Of a stretch of 64,000 nt of DNA, positions 31,610 to 45,550 are shown in pieces (the first letter of the stretch is position 1; each line of letters opens with the position of its first letter). Origin of the DNA: Gammaproteobacteria bacterium. Its GTDB lineage: Bacteria > Pseudomonadota > Gammaproteobacteria > Eutrophobiales > Eutrophobiaceae. Location of the stretch: the NCBI GenBank assembly GCA_965215365.1, contig CBDCDS010000003.1:640001-704000 (forward strand). The letters run 5' to 3'. The position numbers were made by a program, and so were the translations under genes. Below the pieces are notes generated by a model that did no database searches, had not been told where the DNA came from, and saw only the letters and a program-made list of their open reading frames with translations.

Positions 31610-32242
31610 ATGCGCATAATACACTTACTGGTTTCATGCTTGCTGTGGGCGGCGGTCGTCCCGGCTTTGGCTCAGGATCACTCCCACGACCACAGCGGCC
31701 CTGCCTACACCGAAATCAAACCCGCGTTGCCTACTATGTCAGGCGACAGGATCGAGGTGGCGGAGATTTTCTGGTACGGCTGTTCCCACTGCTTCTCATT
31801 TGAACCACACATCAAATCCTGGCTCAAAACCAAGCCCGAGGATGTAGAGTTCCGCTTAGTGCCCGCGGTACTCAACAGTCGCTGGGCGATCCACGGTCGC
31901 GGTTACTTTGCGGCGGAGAAAATGGGCGCGCTGGAGCAGTTCCACACTCCGCTGTTCAAGGCTCTGCACGTAAAACAACGCAATATTTTCACCCGGGATA
32001 CCCTCATAGACTTTGCCGCGGAGATAGGGCTGGACAAGAAAGAGTTTGTCAGACACTACGACTCCAACGAAACCGAAGTAAAAATGAAACAGGCCTTCCT
32101 CATGGCCCGCGACGCCAAAATCACCGGCGTCCCCGCAGTCATCGTCAACGGCAGATACCTGATCTCTGCCACCTCAGCCGGCTCCCATGAAGGGATGATA
32201 AAGACCATGGACGAACTCATTGAGCAGGAACGCCGCCGCTGA
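31610..32242 (+). CDS. dsbA: Thiol:disulfide interchange protein DsbA
   Basis: FWYGCSHC, GVPAVIVNGRY, signal peptide. Confidence 0.92.
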   Translation: MRIIHLLVSCLLWAAVVPALAQDHSHDHSGPAYTEIKPALPTMSGDRIEVAEIFWYGCSHCFSFEPHIKSWLKTKPEDVEFRLVPAVLNSRWAIHGRGYFAAEKMGALEQFHTPLFKALHVKQRNIFTRDTLIDFAAEIGLDKKEFVRHYDSNETEVKMKQAFLMARDAKITGVPAVIVNGRYLISATSAGSHEGMIKTMDELIEQERRR

Positions 32243-32274
32243 TTCATCAGTAACCGCCGCCATCATCCAAACGC

Positions 32275-33543
32275 TCATGGCAGCTCAAACCCGTTCGCCA
32301 GTTTTTTTGTCACCGGCGCATTTTGCAGGCGCACATAGTCGGGCAGGCCGTCCCGGTAGGGAGGGTAATCCTCGCCCTGGATCAGGGGTTGCAGGTAGTT
32401 ACGACAGGCTGGCGTAATGCCAAAGCCGTCGGCACTGATGTAGTCCCGGGGCATGAATTTTTCCGTGTTGGCTACCTGAGCCAGATCGGCCTGACCTATT
32501 TCCCAGCGATACGGATTGTCCGAGGTGCGCACGATAGTGGGCATGATGGCACTGTGCCCGGCCAGTGCCAGTTCCACCGCAGCCTGACCTAGGGCATAAG
32601 CCTGCTCAACATCCGTCTGTGAGGCAAGGTGGCGCGCCGCGCGTTGCAGGTAATCAGCCACGGCCCAGTGGTACTTGTAGCCCAATTCCTGCTTGACCAG
32701 ATTGGCCACTACCGGTGCCACGCCACCTAACTGGGCATGACCGAAGGCGTCGCGGGTGCCCTGTTCCGCCAGGAACCGGCCATCAGCCGTGCGCGCGCCC
32801 TCCGACACCACCACGGCACAGTAACCGTCGCGCGCAACGCAGTCCTGCACGCGGGCGATAAAGCGTTCCTGCTCGAACGGGATTTCCGGGAACAGGATCA
32901 CCACCGGGATGTCGTTGTGCTCGTCGGCAGCCAGCCCGCCGGCCGCGGCAATCCAGCCGGCGTGCCGCCCCATCACCTCGATGACGAACACCCTGGTAGA
33001 GGTCCTGGCCATGGCGCGCACATCGTAACAGGCCTCGCGCACCGAGACTGCGATGTATTTCGCCACCGAGCCGAAACCGGGACAGTTGTCGGTGACGGGC
33101 AGGTCGTTATCCACCGTCTTGGGAATATGTATGGCCTGGATCGGGAATCCCCATTGTTGCGACAGTTGCGCCACCTTGTGGCAGGTATCAGCCGAATCGC
33201 CGCCGCCATTGTAGAAAAAATAGCCGATATTGTGAGCCTTGAAGACCTCCACCAGACGTTCGTATTCGACCCGGTTCTGTTCCAGCCCCTTGAGTTTGTA
33301 GCGGCACGAGCCGAACGCCCCGGAGGGCGTGTGTCGTAACGCGGCAATGGCTGCCGCCGGCTCCTTGCCGGTATCGATCAGGTCTTCGGTGAGGGCACCG
33401 ATAATGCCGTCGCGCCCGGCATAAACGTTGGCGATTTTGTCGGCATGGCGGCGCGCGGTCTCAATCACGGCACCGGCGCTGACATTGATAACGGCGGTCA
33501 CCCCGCCGGATTGCGCGTAAAAGGCATTTTTTGTCTCGGTCAT
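32275..33543 (-). CDS. 6-phosphofructokinase family protein
   Basis: YAQSGGVTAVIN, PKTVDNDL, EVMGRHAGW; start MTETKN at 33543. Confidence 0.92.
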   Translation of the reverse strand: MTETKNAFYAQSGGVTAVINVSAGAVIETARRHADKIANVYAGRDGIIGALTEDLIDTGKEPAAAIAALRHTPSGAFGSCRYKLKGLEQNRVEYERLVEVFKAHNIGYFFYNGGGDSADTCHKVAQLSQQWGFPIQAIHIPKTVDNDLPVTDNCPGFGSVAKYIAVSVREACYDVRAMARTSTRVFVIEVMGRHAGWIAAAGGLAADEHNDIPVVILFPEIPFEQERFIARVQDCVARDGYCAVVVSEGARTADGRFLAEQGTRDAFGHAQLGGVAPVVANLVKQELGYKYHWAVADYLQRAARHLASQTDVEQAYALGQAAVELALAGHSAIMPTIVRTSDNPYRWEIGQADLAQVANTEKFMPRDYISADGFGITPACRNYLQPLIQGEDYPPYRDGLPDYVRLQNAPVTKKLANGFELP

Positions 33544-33670
33544 CAAAAAAACTCCCCCAGGCCCATGAAATAGGCTTGAAAATGCGATATGGTTAGCTCT
33601 GAAAATACCACGGAGGGCATTTTCAAATGGTTCCGGTATGTTACACACTTGCATCACATTTTTCACCCGC

Positions 33671-37592
<3,922 letters not shown>

Positions 37593-37660
37593 GGGCGCCT
37601 CTAAAAATCAGAGGTGCCTTTACAGCATTATGGATATGCTGCCAGTAACAGCAAGCACGC
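37593..37660. repeat. Family A copy after gyrB
   Basis: GGGCGCCTCTAAAAATCAGAGGTGCC...GCTGCCAGTAACAGCAAGCACG. Confidence 0.7.
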
Positions 37661-37777
37661 ACCTCATCAGCGACAATCCGACTTCAGTTTATTTGAATAC
37701 GGAACAGAACCAATATAGAATTCAGCCTCCTGTACTCCTGTGTAACGCTCTTCAACAACCCCGGGGATAATATAATT

Positions 37778-38008
37778 GTGGAACAAATTGCTACCGTTCA
37801 TATCGAAAAACTGCCGGAGGGGGTGTATCTGGTTACCAGTGAGGATATCCCGGGCCTAGTTGCTCAGGGACGTACAATTACCGAAATACTGGAAACCGCC
37901 CGCGATGTGGCAAAGAAGCTGCTGGAAGCAAAAGCGGAGCGCCACCAACAAGCCAAATTGAAACATGCTGAAGATTCTTTCGATTACCCACTGGTTTTTG
38001 GCGCCTGA
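37778..38008 (+). CDS. HicB-like (DUF1902-type) antitoxin, apparently orphan
   Basis: HIEKLPEGVYLVTSEDIPGLVAQGRT; no intact partner toxin downstream. Confidence 0.7.
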   Translation: MEQIATVHIEKLPEGVYLVTSEDIPGLVAQGRTITEILETARDVAKKLLEAKAERHQQAKLKHAEDSFDYPLVFGA

Positions 38009-38034
38009 TGGGTCGTATGCGAGAATGGTTTTCC

Positions 38035-38715
38035 CTACCCCTCCAACACCGCCCGGGCCAGACACCAGACTTGTACCTGTTCGGCGCCGTGGGCTTTCAG
38101 CAAACGCGCCAGCTCGTTAGCGGTGGCGCCGGTGGTCAGGACATCGTCGATGAGGGCGATATGTTTGTAACTCATGGTCTTCACCAGAGAAAAAGCATTC
38201 TTAACGTTGCGCGCCCGGTGTTCGGGACGCAGGTCGAATTGTTGTGCCGTGGGTTTATGCCGGCGCACCAGCTGCTCATCGACGGGGACCGACAGGGCGC
38301 GCGCCAGCAGCTGCGCGATTTCCCGGGCCTGATTAAAACCGCGCCGCCGTTGCCGGGCGCGGTGTAACGGGATCGGCAGCAGGCACTCCGGTGGCGCCTG
38401 ACGCGCCGGCTCAAGCAGTTCGATAAGCGGCCCGGCCAGGGCGCGCGCCAGGTCCAGGCGGGCCTGATATTTCAGCTTCCTGATCATCCGGTCCACCGGA
38501 TAGTGGTAGCTGTGCGCGGCGATGCAGACATCGAACGCAGGCGGCCTGGCGAGACAACGGACGCAGACCGCGGCCTGTTCCGACTGCGCGCCGCAACCGG
38601 GACATATTGCGCTCGGCAACGGCAGCAAATCCTCCCGGCAGGCGCGGCAAAAGCCGTCCGCGCTGGCGCCAGCGCGCGCGCCGCACAAGACACAGACAGG
38701 GTCAATGAACATCAT
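38035..38715 (-). CDS. comF: ComF-family protein
   Basis: Cys-rich N-terminus, [17 protein letters not shown]; divergent from bioB. Confidence 0.92.
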   Translation of the reverse strand: MMFIDPVCVLCGARAGASADGFCRACREDLLPLPSAICPGCGAQSEQAAVCVRCLARPPAFDVCIAAHSYHYPVDRMIRKLKYQARLDLARALAGPLIELLEPARQAPPECLLPIPLHRARQRRRGFNQAREIAQLLARALSVPVDEQLVRRHKPTAQQFDLRPEHRARNVKNAFSLVKTMSYKHIALIDDVLTTGATANELARLLKAHGAEQVQVWCLARAVLEG

Positions 38716-38718
38716 CGG

Positions 38719-38747
38719 GTCAACCCCTGGAAACTACAGGTGTTGAC
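38719..38747. promoter_or_regulatory. Putative BirA operator overlapping the bioB -35 box
   Basis: Palindrome GTCAAC-N17-GTTGAC; TTGACA at 38743. Confidence 0.55.
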
Positions 38748-38778
38748 AGGATTCGATTCGAGGTTAACATATTCATCC

Positions 38779-39867
38779 ATGTTGAACGAACCAACAGCGT
38801 CCAAGTCCGCAGAGGCAGTAGCCCCGAAGACAGTAGCCGGAAAAACGGCAGCCGCGCAAACAACGACCAGAACAGCTCCCGGGCCGGAGCCCAAGCATGA
38901 CTGGAGCCTGGATGAGATCATAACACTTTACCGGCAGCCCTTGAACGATTTATTGCAGCGCGCACACACCGTCCACCGCCGCAACTTTGACCCGAATCGC
39001 ATCCAGTTGAGTACCTTACTTAATATCAAGAGCGGTGGTTGCCCGGAAGACTGCGCCTATTGCCCGCAGAGCGTGCGCTATAACACCGGACTGGAAAATG
39101 AGACTTTGATGTCCTGTGAACAAGTGCTGGACGCGGCGCGGCGCGCGCGCGACTCGGGCGCCAGCCGGTTTTGTATGGGCGCGGCCTGGCGCAGCCCGAA
39201 AGACCGGGACCTCGATCAGGTTGTGGCGATGGTCGCCGGGGTCAAACAACTGGGCCTTGAAACCTGTGTAACGCTGGGAATGCTGAAAGACGGGCAGGCC
39301 GCGCGCCTGCGCCAGGCCGGCCTGGATTACTACAACCATAATCTCGATACCTCCGAAGAATTTTACGATCAGGTCATCACCACCCGCAGCTACCAGGACC
39401 GCCTTGATACCTTGCAACAGGTGCGTGATGCCGGTATCAATGTCTGCTGCGGCGGCATTATCGGCATGGGCGAGTCGGTGACCGATCGGGCCGCGCTGTT
39501 GCAGACCCTGGCCAACCTGCCGCAACAGCCGGAGAGCGTGCCCATCAATACCCTGGTCAAGGTGTCTGGCACCCCGCTGGACGCACAGGACGATATCGAC
39601 CCGCTGGAACTGGTGCGCACCGTCGCCTGTGCCCGCATCCTGATGCCGAACGCATACCTGCGTCTGTCTGCCGGGCGCACCGACTTGAGCGATTCGACTC
39701 AGGTCCTGTGTTTTTTTGCCGGCGCCAACTCCATCTTCTACGGTGAGAAGCTGCTGACCACGGATAACCCGCAATTCAATGAGGATCAGTCCCTGTTTGA
39801 ACGCCTGGGGTTGACCCCTGATACGGACCCGGTCTCCGCAGCATGCGCGACCGCGCCGGGCGGTTAA
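38779..39867 (+). CDS. bioB: Biotin synthase
   Basis: [25 protein letters not shown]. Confidence 0.97.
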   Translation: MLNEPTASKSAEAVAPKTVAGKTAAAQTTTRTAPGPEPKHDWSLDEIITLYRQPLNDLLQRAHTVHRRNFDPNRIQLSTLLNIKSGGCPEDCAYCPQSVRYNTGLENETLMSCEQVLDAARRARDSGASRFCMGAAWRSPKDRDLDQVVAMVAGVKQLGLETCVTLGMLKDGQAARLRQAGLDYYNHNLDTSEEFYDQVITTRSYQDRLDTLQQVRDAGINVCCGGIIGMGESVTDRAALLQTLANLPQQPESVPINTLVKVSGTPLDAQDDIDPLELVRTVACARILMPNAYLRLSAGRTDLSDSTQVLCFFAGANSIFYGEKLLTTDNPQFNEDQSLFERLGLTPDTDPVSAACATAPGG

Positions 39868-41048
39868 TGGTCCAAGCGCCGCCGCCGGATCCGTTTTCAC
39901 TGGCAACCGGGCTGGACCGGATCAGGGCTGCGGGACAATTCCGCCGCCGGTATATGCTGACTGCTGCGCAGGGTGCCACGATACAGGTCGAAGGGCGCAG
40001 CTATGTCAACTTTTCCGGCAACGATTACCTCGGCCTTGCCGGCGACGCGCGTTTGGCGCAGGCGTTTCAAACCGCCGCCGCCCGTTACGGGGTGGGCAGC
40101 GGCGCCTCGCAACTGCTATCCGGCTACAACCGCATGCACGCGCAGCTCGAAGAGGCGGTTGCCGCACACTTAGGGCGCGCCCGCGCGCTGCTCTTTTCCA
40201 GCGGTTACCTGGCCAACCTGGCCGTAGTCACCAGCTTTGCCAGGCGTCGGGAGGACCGGGTGGTGATGGATCGGGACAATCACGCCTCGCTCATAGATGG
40301 TGCCTTGCTGGCGCGCGCCGGCCTGCGCCGTTATGCGCACCATGATCTGGCCGGGCTGGAAAACCTGCTTGGCAAGGGCCGCACCCTGGTGGCCACCGAC
40401 GGGGTGTTCAGCATGGACGGCAGCATCGCCGCATTACCGGACCTGGTCGCCTTGTGCGCCCGCCATGGTGCCCTGCTGGCCGTGGACGATGCCCACGGTT
40501 TCGGGGTGCTGGGCGCGACCGGCGCCGGCTCACCGGAGCATTTTTCCCTAGACCAAAATCAGGTTCCCATCCTCATGGCCACCTTCGGCAAGGCCTGTGG
40601 CGTTATGGGCGCGTTCGTGGCCGGGTCGGAAGACGTGATAGAAACCCTGATCCAGACCGGACGCACCTGCATTTACAGCACCGCCATGCCGCCGGCCCTG
40701 GCCGCCGCCGCGACTACGGCACTGCATCTCAGCGTCCGGGAAAGCTGGCGCCGGGATAAGTTGCAGGCGCTGGTGCAACGCTTTACGCAAGGGGCGCGGC
40801 AACTGGACTTGCCGGTATTACCCTCCACTACGCCGATCCAGAGCTTTATGGTAGGCAACGCGGCGCTGGCGCTCAGCGGCAGCGAATATCTGCGCGCCGC
40901 CGGCATCCGGGTCAGCGCCATCCGGGCGCCCACGGTTGCGCGAAATACCGAGCGCCTCAGGATCACATTGAGCGCCGGTCACAGCGAACAGCAGGTGGAC
41001 CGGCTGCTGGAACACCTGGCGCAACTGGCGCGGCGGCTGGCGCCATGA
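39867..41048 (+). CDS. bioF: 8-amino-7-oxononanoate synthase
   Basis: NDYLGL, HASLIDG, FSMDG, DDAHG, TFGKA. Confidence 0.96.
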   Translation: MVQAPPPDPFSLATGLDRIRAAGQFRRRYMLTAAQGATIQVEGRSYVNFSGNDYLGLAGDARLAQAFQTAAARYGVGSGASQLLSGYNRMHAQLEEAVAAHLGRARALLFSSGYLANLAVVTSFARRREDRVVMDRDNHASLIDGALLARAGLRRYAHHDLAGLENLLGKGRTLVATDGVFSMDGSIAALPDLVALCARHGALLAVDDAHGFGVLGATGAGSPEHFSLDQNQVPILMATFGKACGVMGAFVAGSEDVIETLIQTGRTCIYSTAMPPALAAAATTALHLSVRESWRRDKLQALVQRFTQGARQLDLPVLPSTTPIQSFMVGNAALALSGSEYLRAAGIRVSAIRAPTVARNTERLRITLSAGHSEQQVDRLLEHLAQLARRLAP

Positions 41049-41986
41049 ACGATCCTGCCTACCAGCGTGATAAAACTGGCGTGCGGCGCAACTTCAGCCG
41101 CGCCGCGCCTGATTACGAGCGCGTGGCCGTGTTGCAACAGACCATCGGGCAACGCCTGCTGGAGCGCCTAGAAGTGATCAAGCTGACGCCGCAGCGCATA
41201 CTGGACCTGGGGGCTGGCGCCGGTCGCCTGTCGGTGCAACTGGCGCAACGTTACCACCGCGCCCGGCTGGTGCAACTGGATCTGGCCTTGGGAATGTTGC
41301 AACAGGCCGGCCAAGGGCCGGATTTTTCCGCTCGGCAGTCGCTGCTGTGCGCCGATGCCGAGCACTTGCCACTCGCCGGGGAGTGCGTGGAGTTCGCCTT
41401 CTCCAACCTCATGTTGCAATGGGTCACGCAACTCGATAGAACGCTGGCAGAGGTGTACCGGGTGTTGCGCCCCGGCGGCCTGCTGCTGTTTGCCACGTTC
41501 GGGCCGGATTCCTTGGCGGAGTTGCGGGCAAGCTGGGCCCGCGTGGATGATTATGTGCACGTCAACGCCTTCACCGATATGCACGACGTGGGTGATGCCC
41601 TGGTACGGGCCGGTTTTGTTGAACCGGTGATGGAAACGGAGTCCTTTACCCTGGTTTATGATGACGTACCAACACTGTGTCGGGAACTCAAGAGTCTGGG
41701 CGCCGGCAATGTCAACGCCGGCCGGCGCAAGACCCTGACCGGCGCCGGCGCGTTCCGTGCCATGCAGGCCGAGTACCGGCGCCGCTACGCGCATGCAGAG
41801 GGCGTGCCGGCCACCTTCGAGGCCATCTACGGCCACGCCTGGGTACCGGAGGTAAAGCAGCCACGGCAGGCAGGGCTGGAGCCCGGGGTTTTTCCGATTA
41901 CTTTCTCGACCTCTAGCAGCCTGTCGGACTTGACCGCCAAGCTGCTAGGCGCTCGTCGTGACGAATATATTCATCACCGGCACTGA
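41045..41986 (+). CDS. bioC: Malonyl-ACP O-methyltransferase
   Basis: LDLGAGAG, SNLMLQW, HVNAFTDMHDVGD. Confidence 0.93.
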   Translation: MNDPAYQRDKTGVRRNFSRAAPDYERVAVLQQTIGQRLLERLEVIKLTPQRILDLGAGAGRLSVQLAQRYHRARLVQLDLALGMLQQAGQGPDFSARQSLLCADAEHLPLAGECVEFAFSNLMLQWVTQLDRTLAEVYRVLRPGGLLLFATFGPDSLAELRASWARVDDYVHVNAFTDMHDVGDALVRAGFVEPVMETESFTLVYDDVPTLCRELKSLGAGNVNAGRRKTLTGAGAFRAMQAEYRRRYAHAEGVPATFEAIYGHAWVPEVKQPRQAGLEPGVFPITFSTSSSLSDLTAKLLGARRDEYIHHRH

Positions 41987-42581
41987 TACCGGCGTCGGCA
42001 AAACCCGGGTCACGTTGGCGCTGATGGCGGCCTGGCAGGCGCGCGGGTGGGTGGTGAACGGCATGAAGCCGGTTGCCAGCGGCAGCGAGTGGCGCCACGG
42101 GCGTCTGGAAAACGAGGACGCGCGCCTGATTCACGCGCAGTGCAGCCTGCCGGTTAGCTACGAACAGGTGAATCCGTACGCGTTGGCCGAGCCAATCGCC
42201 CCGCATATTGCCGCAACCAAGGCCGGGATCGAGGTTGAACCGGACACCTTGGTTGCGGCCTACCGTTGCCTGACGGCCGGGGCCGACCGGGTGGTGGTGG
42301 AAGGGGTCGGCGGCTGGCGGGTGCCGCTGGCACCGGGGCTACAAACTGAAGATCTGGTGCGGTCTCTGGACCTGGCTGTAGTGCTGGTGGTCGGGCTGCG
42401 TCTGGGCTGCATCAACCATGCTTTACTTACCATGGAGGCCATAAGCGCCGCCGGGGCGCCTTGCGCCGGGTGGCTGGGCAACAGCATCTGCCGTGACTAT
42501 GCCGAGCAGCAGGCCACCCTGGACTATCTGCGCGACCAGCTGCCGGCACCTTGCCTGGGGTTCATTCCGTGGCATTTTTAG
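41958..42581 (+). CDS. bioD: Dethiobiotin synthase (C-terminus ends in a family A repeat)
   Basis: TGTDTGVGKT, KPVASG, EGVGG, LGCINH. Confidence 0.93.
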   Translation: MTNIFITGTDTGVGKTRVTLALMAAWQARGWVVNGMKPVASGSEWRHGRLENEDARLIHAQCSLPVSYEQVNPYALAEPIAPHIAATKAGIEVEPDTLVAAYRCLTAGADRVVVEGVGGWRVPLAPGLQTEDLVRSLDLAVVLVVGLRLGCINHALLTMEAISAAGAPCAGWLGNSICRDYAEQQATLDYLRDQLPAPCLGFIPWHF

Positions 42582-42590
42582 AGGTTCCCG

Positions 42591-45536
42591 TTAATCTATC
42601 CCATCAATAAACGTATCAATATATGACATAATCCGGCTGACGATACGCTCGCCAACTGTACGTCTTTCCCGGAGCCTGGGTTGTTGGTCCATAATCCGGA
42701 TGACGTCAGCCGGTAAAGGCCTTCTGCTGGTGTACAGGCAATTAGCGATCACCTTGTCTAATCCATCCCGGTCTAGTCCCTCCTCCGCGCATAGCGACTG
42801 CAGGGCTTGTTGCCGTTGTGCTGACAGGTATTGTGCAAACGCGTGGTTAACGTCTCCATTCTGCGGCAGTGTCGGCACCTGTTCTTCAATGAAGCGTTGT
42901 ATCAGTTCTTGCTTGCTGCGCAGTTCGGGTTCATTCTCCAACGTGCTGATAATCGCCTGCACCTGTCGGTGGTATGCGTCCGGTTTGGCTTGGCGCAGTC
43001 TGATGACCAGCTCGAGGATGTAGCTGACGTTGATGTTATCTCTGTGGATCAGCTCCACCTCAAAGTCGATATCGTCCAGTATGGATACTGTTTCCTTCTG
43101 CCGGTCGGTCTTTACCTTGTCGTTCAAATCCAGGTATTTGCTCTTGTAGTCCGCAAAGGTCTGTTGCTCCAGGGCCAGCTCAGCAAAATCAAATTCGGTG
43201 AAGCCAGTCAGTACGTTCATAAGACGCAAGAGATTCCTGAACGCCTTAATAAAGGCAAGCTGCTCTGCCTCCTGTTGTAGTGTGTCAACACAATCTGGCG
43301 TGGCCGCGATGCCAAGCAGCGCCGCCACGGCGTCATTGAACCGTTTAAGGTATGCCTGGTAAGGTTCAAGGGTGATGGTGTCAACCGCCTCCTTGTCGGC
43401 AAACAGCGCGATGGCTTCGTCCGTGGCCGGTTTCAGGTTCCGATAACAGACGACATTGCCGTGTGACTTTTTCGAACCCAGGATGCGATTGGTACGGGAG
43501 AACGCTTGCACCAGGCCGTGGTATTTCAGGTTTTTGTCCACGTAGATGGTATTGAGCCACTTGCTGTCAAACCCGGTCAGAAACATATTCACCACCAGCA
43601 GGATATCAATGCCGGCGCCCGTGCGTCGGTTTTTGTCCCGATACCGGACTCGTTTACCGATGTCTCTGTAATAGTCGTAGAAGGTGTCGGTTTTATAGTT
43701 CGTGCCGTACGCCTTGTTGTAATCCCTGATGCAGTGCTCCAGCCGCGCCCGGCTGTGCCGGTCGGTGTACTGGCGGGAACTGTCGGCGGGATCATCGGCG
43801 CCGTAGGCTGCTTCCTGGTCTCGCACCCGGTTCTCATCCTCGGCCCGGCCTGGTACACTCCCCGACCCCGCCGCCATGCCGGCGAAGTACGTATCGGCAA
43901 CATCGCTCACCTCGCGGTCTTCCTCATTGGCCTGCCAGGAAAATATGGTTGCTATGTTGAGGTCATGCGTGCCGGCCTCCCGTTTGCGCCTGAACAGGTC
44001 GTAATACTTGAGCAAAGTCCTGATATCGGCAACGCAAAATAGCGCGTTGAACACGCGGCCATGAGTCTTGCCGTCATGGTGGGCGATGATGTGATCGACG
44101 ATGGCCTCAAGACGTTCTGCCGCGGCCAGCGCCTCGGCGGTGTCTATCGCCTCCACCCGGATATCCGCCCGGTTGTGCTGCCGGTCTTTGAAAGTGCCGA
44201 TATATTCAATGGAAAACCGCAGTACATTCTCATCGTTAATCGCATCCGTGATGACGTACTTGTGCAGACACTCGCCAAACAGATCTGTGGTGGTGCGCTT
44301 GCCATACTCATTGCCCAGCGCATTCTCGGCAAAGATGGGGGTGCCGGTGAAGCCGAACAGCTGCGCTTTGGGGAAGTGGTCGCGGATACGCTTATGGGTG
44401 TCGCCAAACTGGCTGCGGTGGCATTCGTCAAAAATGAATACCATGCGCTTGTCCCGCAACGGTGTCATGGTGGTTGCATGGCGGCGCTTGTGAATGGCGT
44501 TGTTTAACTTCTGCAAGGTGGTGACAATCAACCTGGTATCATCGCCGAATTGTTCTACCAGCCTGGTGGTATTGTCGGTCCCGTCAACGCTGCCTTTTTT
44601 ATAGCTGTTGAAGTCCTGGATGGTCTTGTAGTCCAGATCCTTCCGGTCCACCACGAACACCACCTTGTGGATGCCGGAGGTGCCGGTGAGGATTTGCGCC
44701 GCCTTGAACGACGTCAGTGTTTTGCCGGACCCGGTAGTATGCCAGATATAGCCGAACCGGTCGGAAGTCCTGACCCGCTCGACAATCGCCTCCACCGCAT
44801 GATACTGATACTGGCGCAGCGCCAGCAGCAGCTGGTCGGTTTCGTTCAACACCACGTATTTTGTAACGAGCTTGGACAGCTGGCACGGCTCCAGGAAAGT
44901 ATCGGCAAACTCGCTGAGTTGCGTGATACGCCGGTTCTCCCGGTCGGCCCAGAAAAACGTTTGCTTGAAGTCGCGCTGTTTGATCGGGTTGTTGGCGTAA
45001 TATTTGGTATTGACGCCGTTGCTGAGCACAAACACCTGAATGTATTCGAACAACCGCCATCCTGCCGAATAGGAATGACGCTGGTAACGGTTGGTCTGGT
45101 TAAAGGCCTCCTTGAGCGCCAGGCCGCGGCGTTTTAACTCTATCTGTGCCAGCGGCAGGCCATTGATGAGCAAGGTCACGTCATAGCGATTCCGGTAGCT
45201 GCCCGCCATCTCCAGCTGTTGGGCCACCTGAAACTCGTTCTTGCACCAGTTGATCTGATCGACCAGTTCCAGATACCCGACCTCGCCGTCGTCCCTGTGG
45301 TAGTCCAGCTTGGCCCTGAGCTTTTTGGCTTTGTCGAAGATATTGCCTCCGGAGAGCGCTACCAGGATGTTTTGAAATTCCTTGTCGGACAGGGTGATGC
45401 CGTTGTGCTGCTGCAGTTGTGTTTTCAGGTTGCCGACCAAGTCGTCCTCATTGCGGAGAAGGACATGCTCGTAACCCAGGGCTTGCAGCTGGACAACCAG
45501 TTTCTGTTCCAGAACCGCTTCTGATTGGGTGGCCAT
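42591..45536 (-). CDS. hsdR: Type I restriction enzyme R subunit
   Basis: QIELK, HTTGSGKT, DECHR, FTGTP, FLTGFD, QAFSRTNR. Confidence 0.97.
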   Translation of the reverse strand: MATQSEAVLEQKLVVQLQALGYEHVLLRNEDDLVGNLKTQLQQHNGITLSDKEFQNILVALSGGNIFDKAKKLRAKLDYHRDDGEVGYLELVDQINWCKNEFQVAQQLEMAGSYRNRYDVTLLINGLPLAQIELKRRGLALKEAFNQTNRYQRHSYSAGWRLFEYIQVFVLSNGVNTKYYANNPIKQRDFKQTFFWADRENRRITQLSEFADTFLEPCQLSKLVTKYVVLNETDQLLLALRQYQYHAVEAIVERVRTSDRFGYIWHTTGSGKTLTSFKAAQILTGTSGIHKVVFVVDRKDLDYKTIQDFNSYKKGSVDGTDNTTRLVEQFGDDTRLIVTTLQKLNNAIHKRRHATTMTPLRDKRMVFIFDECHRSQFGDTHKRIRDHFPKAQLFGFTGTPIFAENALGNEYGKRTTTDLFGECLHKYVITDAINDENVLRFSIEYIGTFKDRQHNRADIRVEAIDTAEALAAAERLEAIVDHIIAHHDGKTHGRVFNALFCVADIRTLLKYYDLFRRKREAGTHDLNIATIFSWQANEEDREVSDVADTYFAGMAAGSGSVPGRAEDENRVRDQEAAYGADDPADSSRQYTDRHSRARLEHCIRDYNKAYGTNYKTDTFYDYYRDIGKRVRYRDKNRRTGAGIDILLVVNMFLTGFDSKWLNTIYVDKNLKYHGLVQAFSRTNRILGSKKSHGNVVCYRNLKPATDEAIALFADKEAVDTITLEPYQAYLKRFNDAVAALLGIAATPDCVDTLQQEAEQLAFIKAFRNLLRLMNVLTGFTEFDFAELALEQQTFADYKSKYLDLNDKVKTDRQKETVSILDDIDFEVELIHRDNINVSYILELVIRLRQAKPDAYHRQVQAIISTLENEPELRSKQELIQRFIEEQVPTLPQNGDVNHAFAQYLSAQRQQALQSLCAEEGLDRDGLDKVIANCLYTSRRPLPADVIRIMDQQPRLRERRTVGERIVSRIMSYIDTFIDGID

Positions 45537-45550
45537 ACAGATGACCCGCG

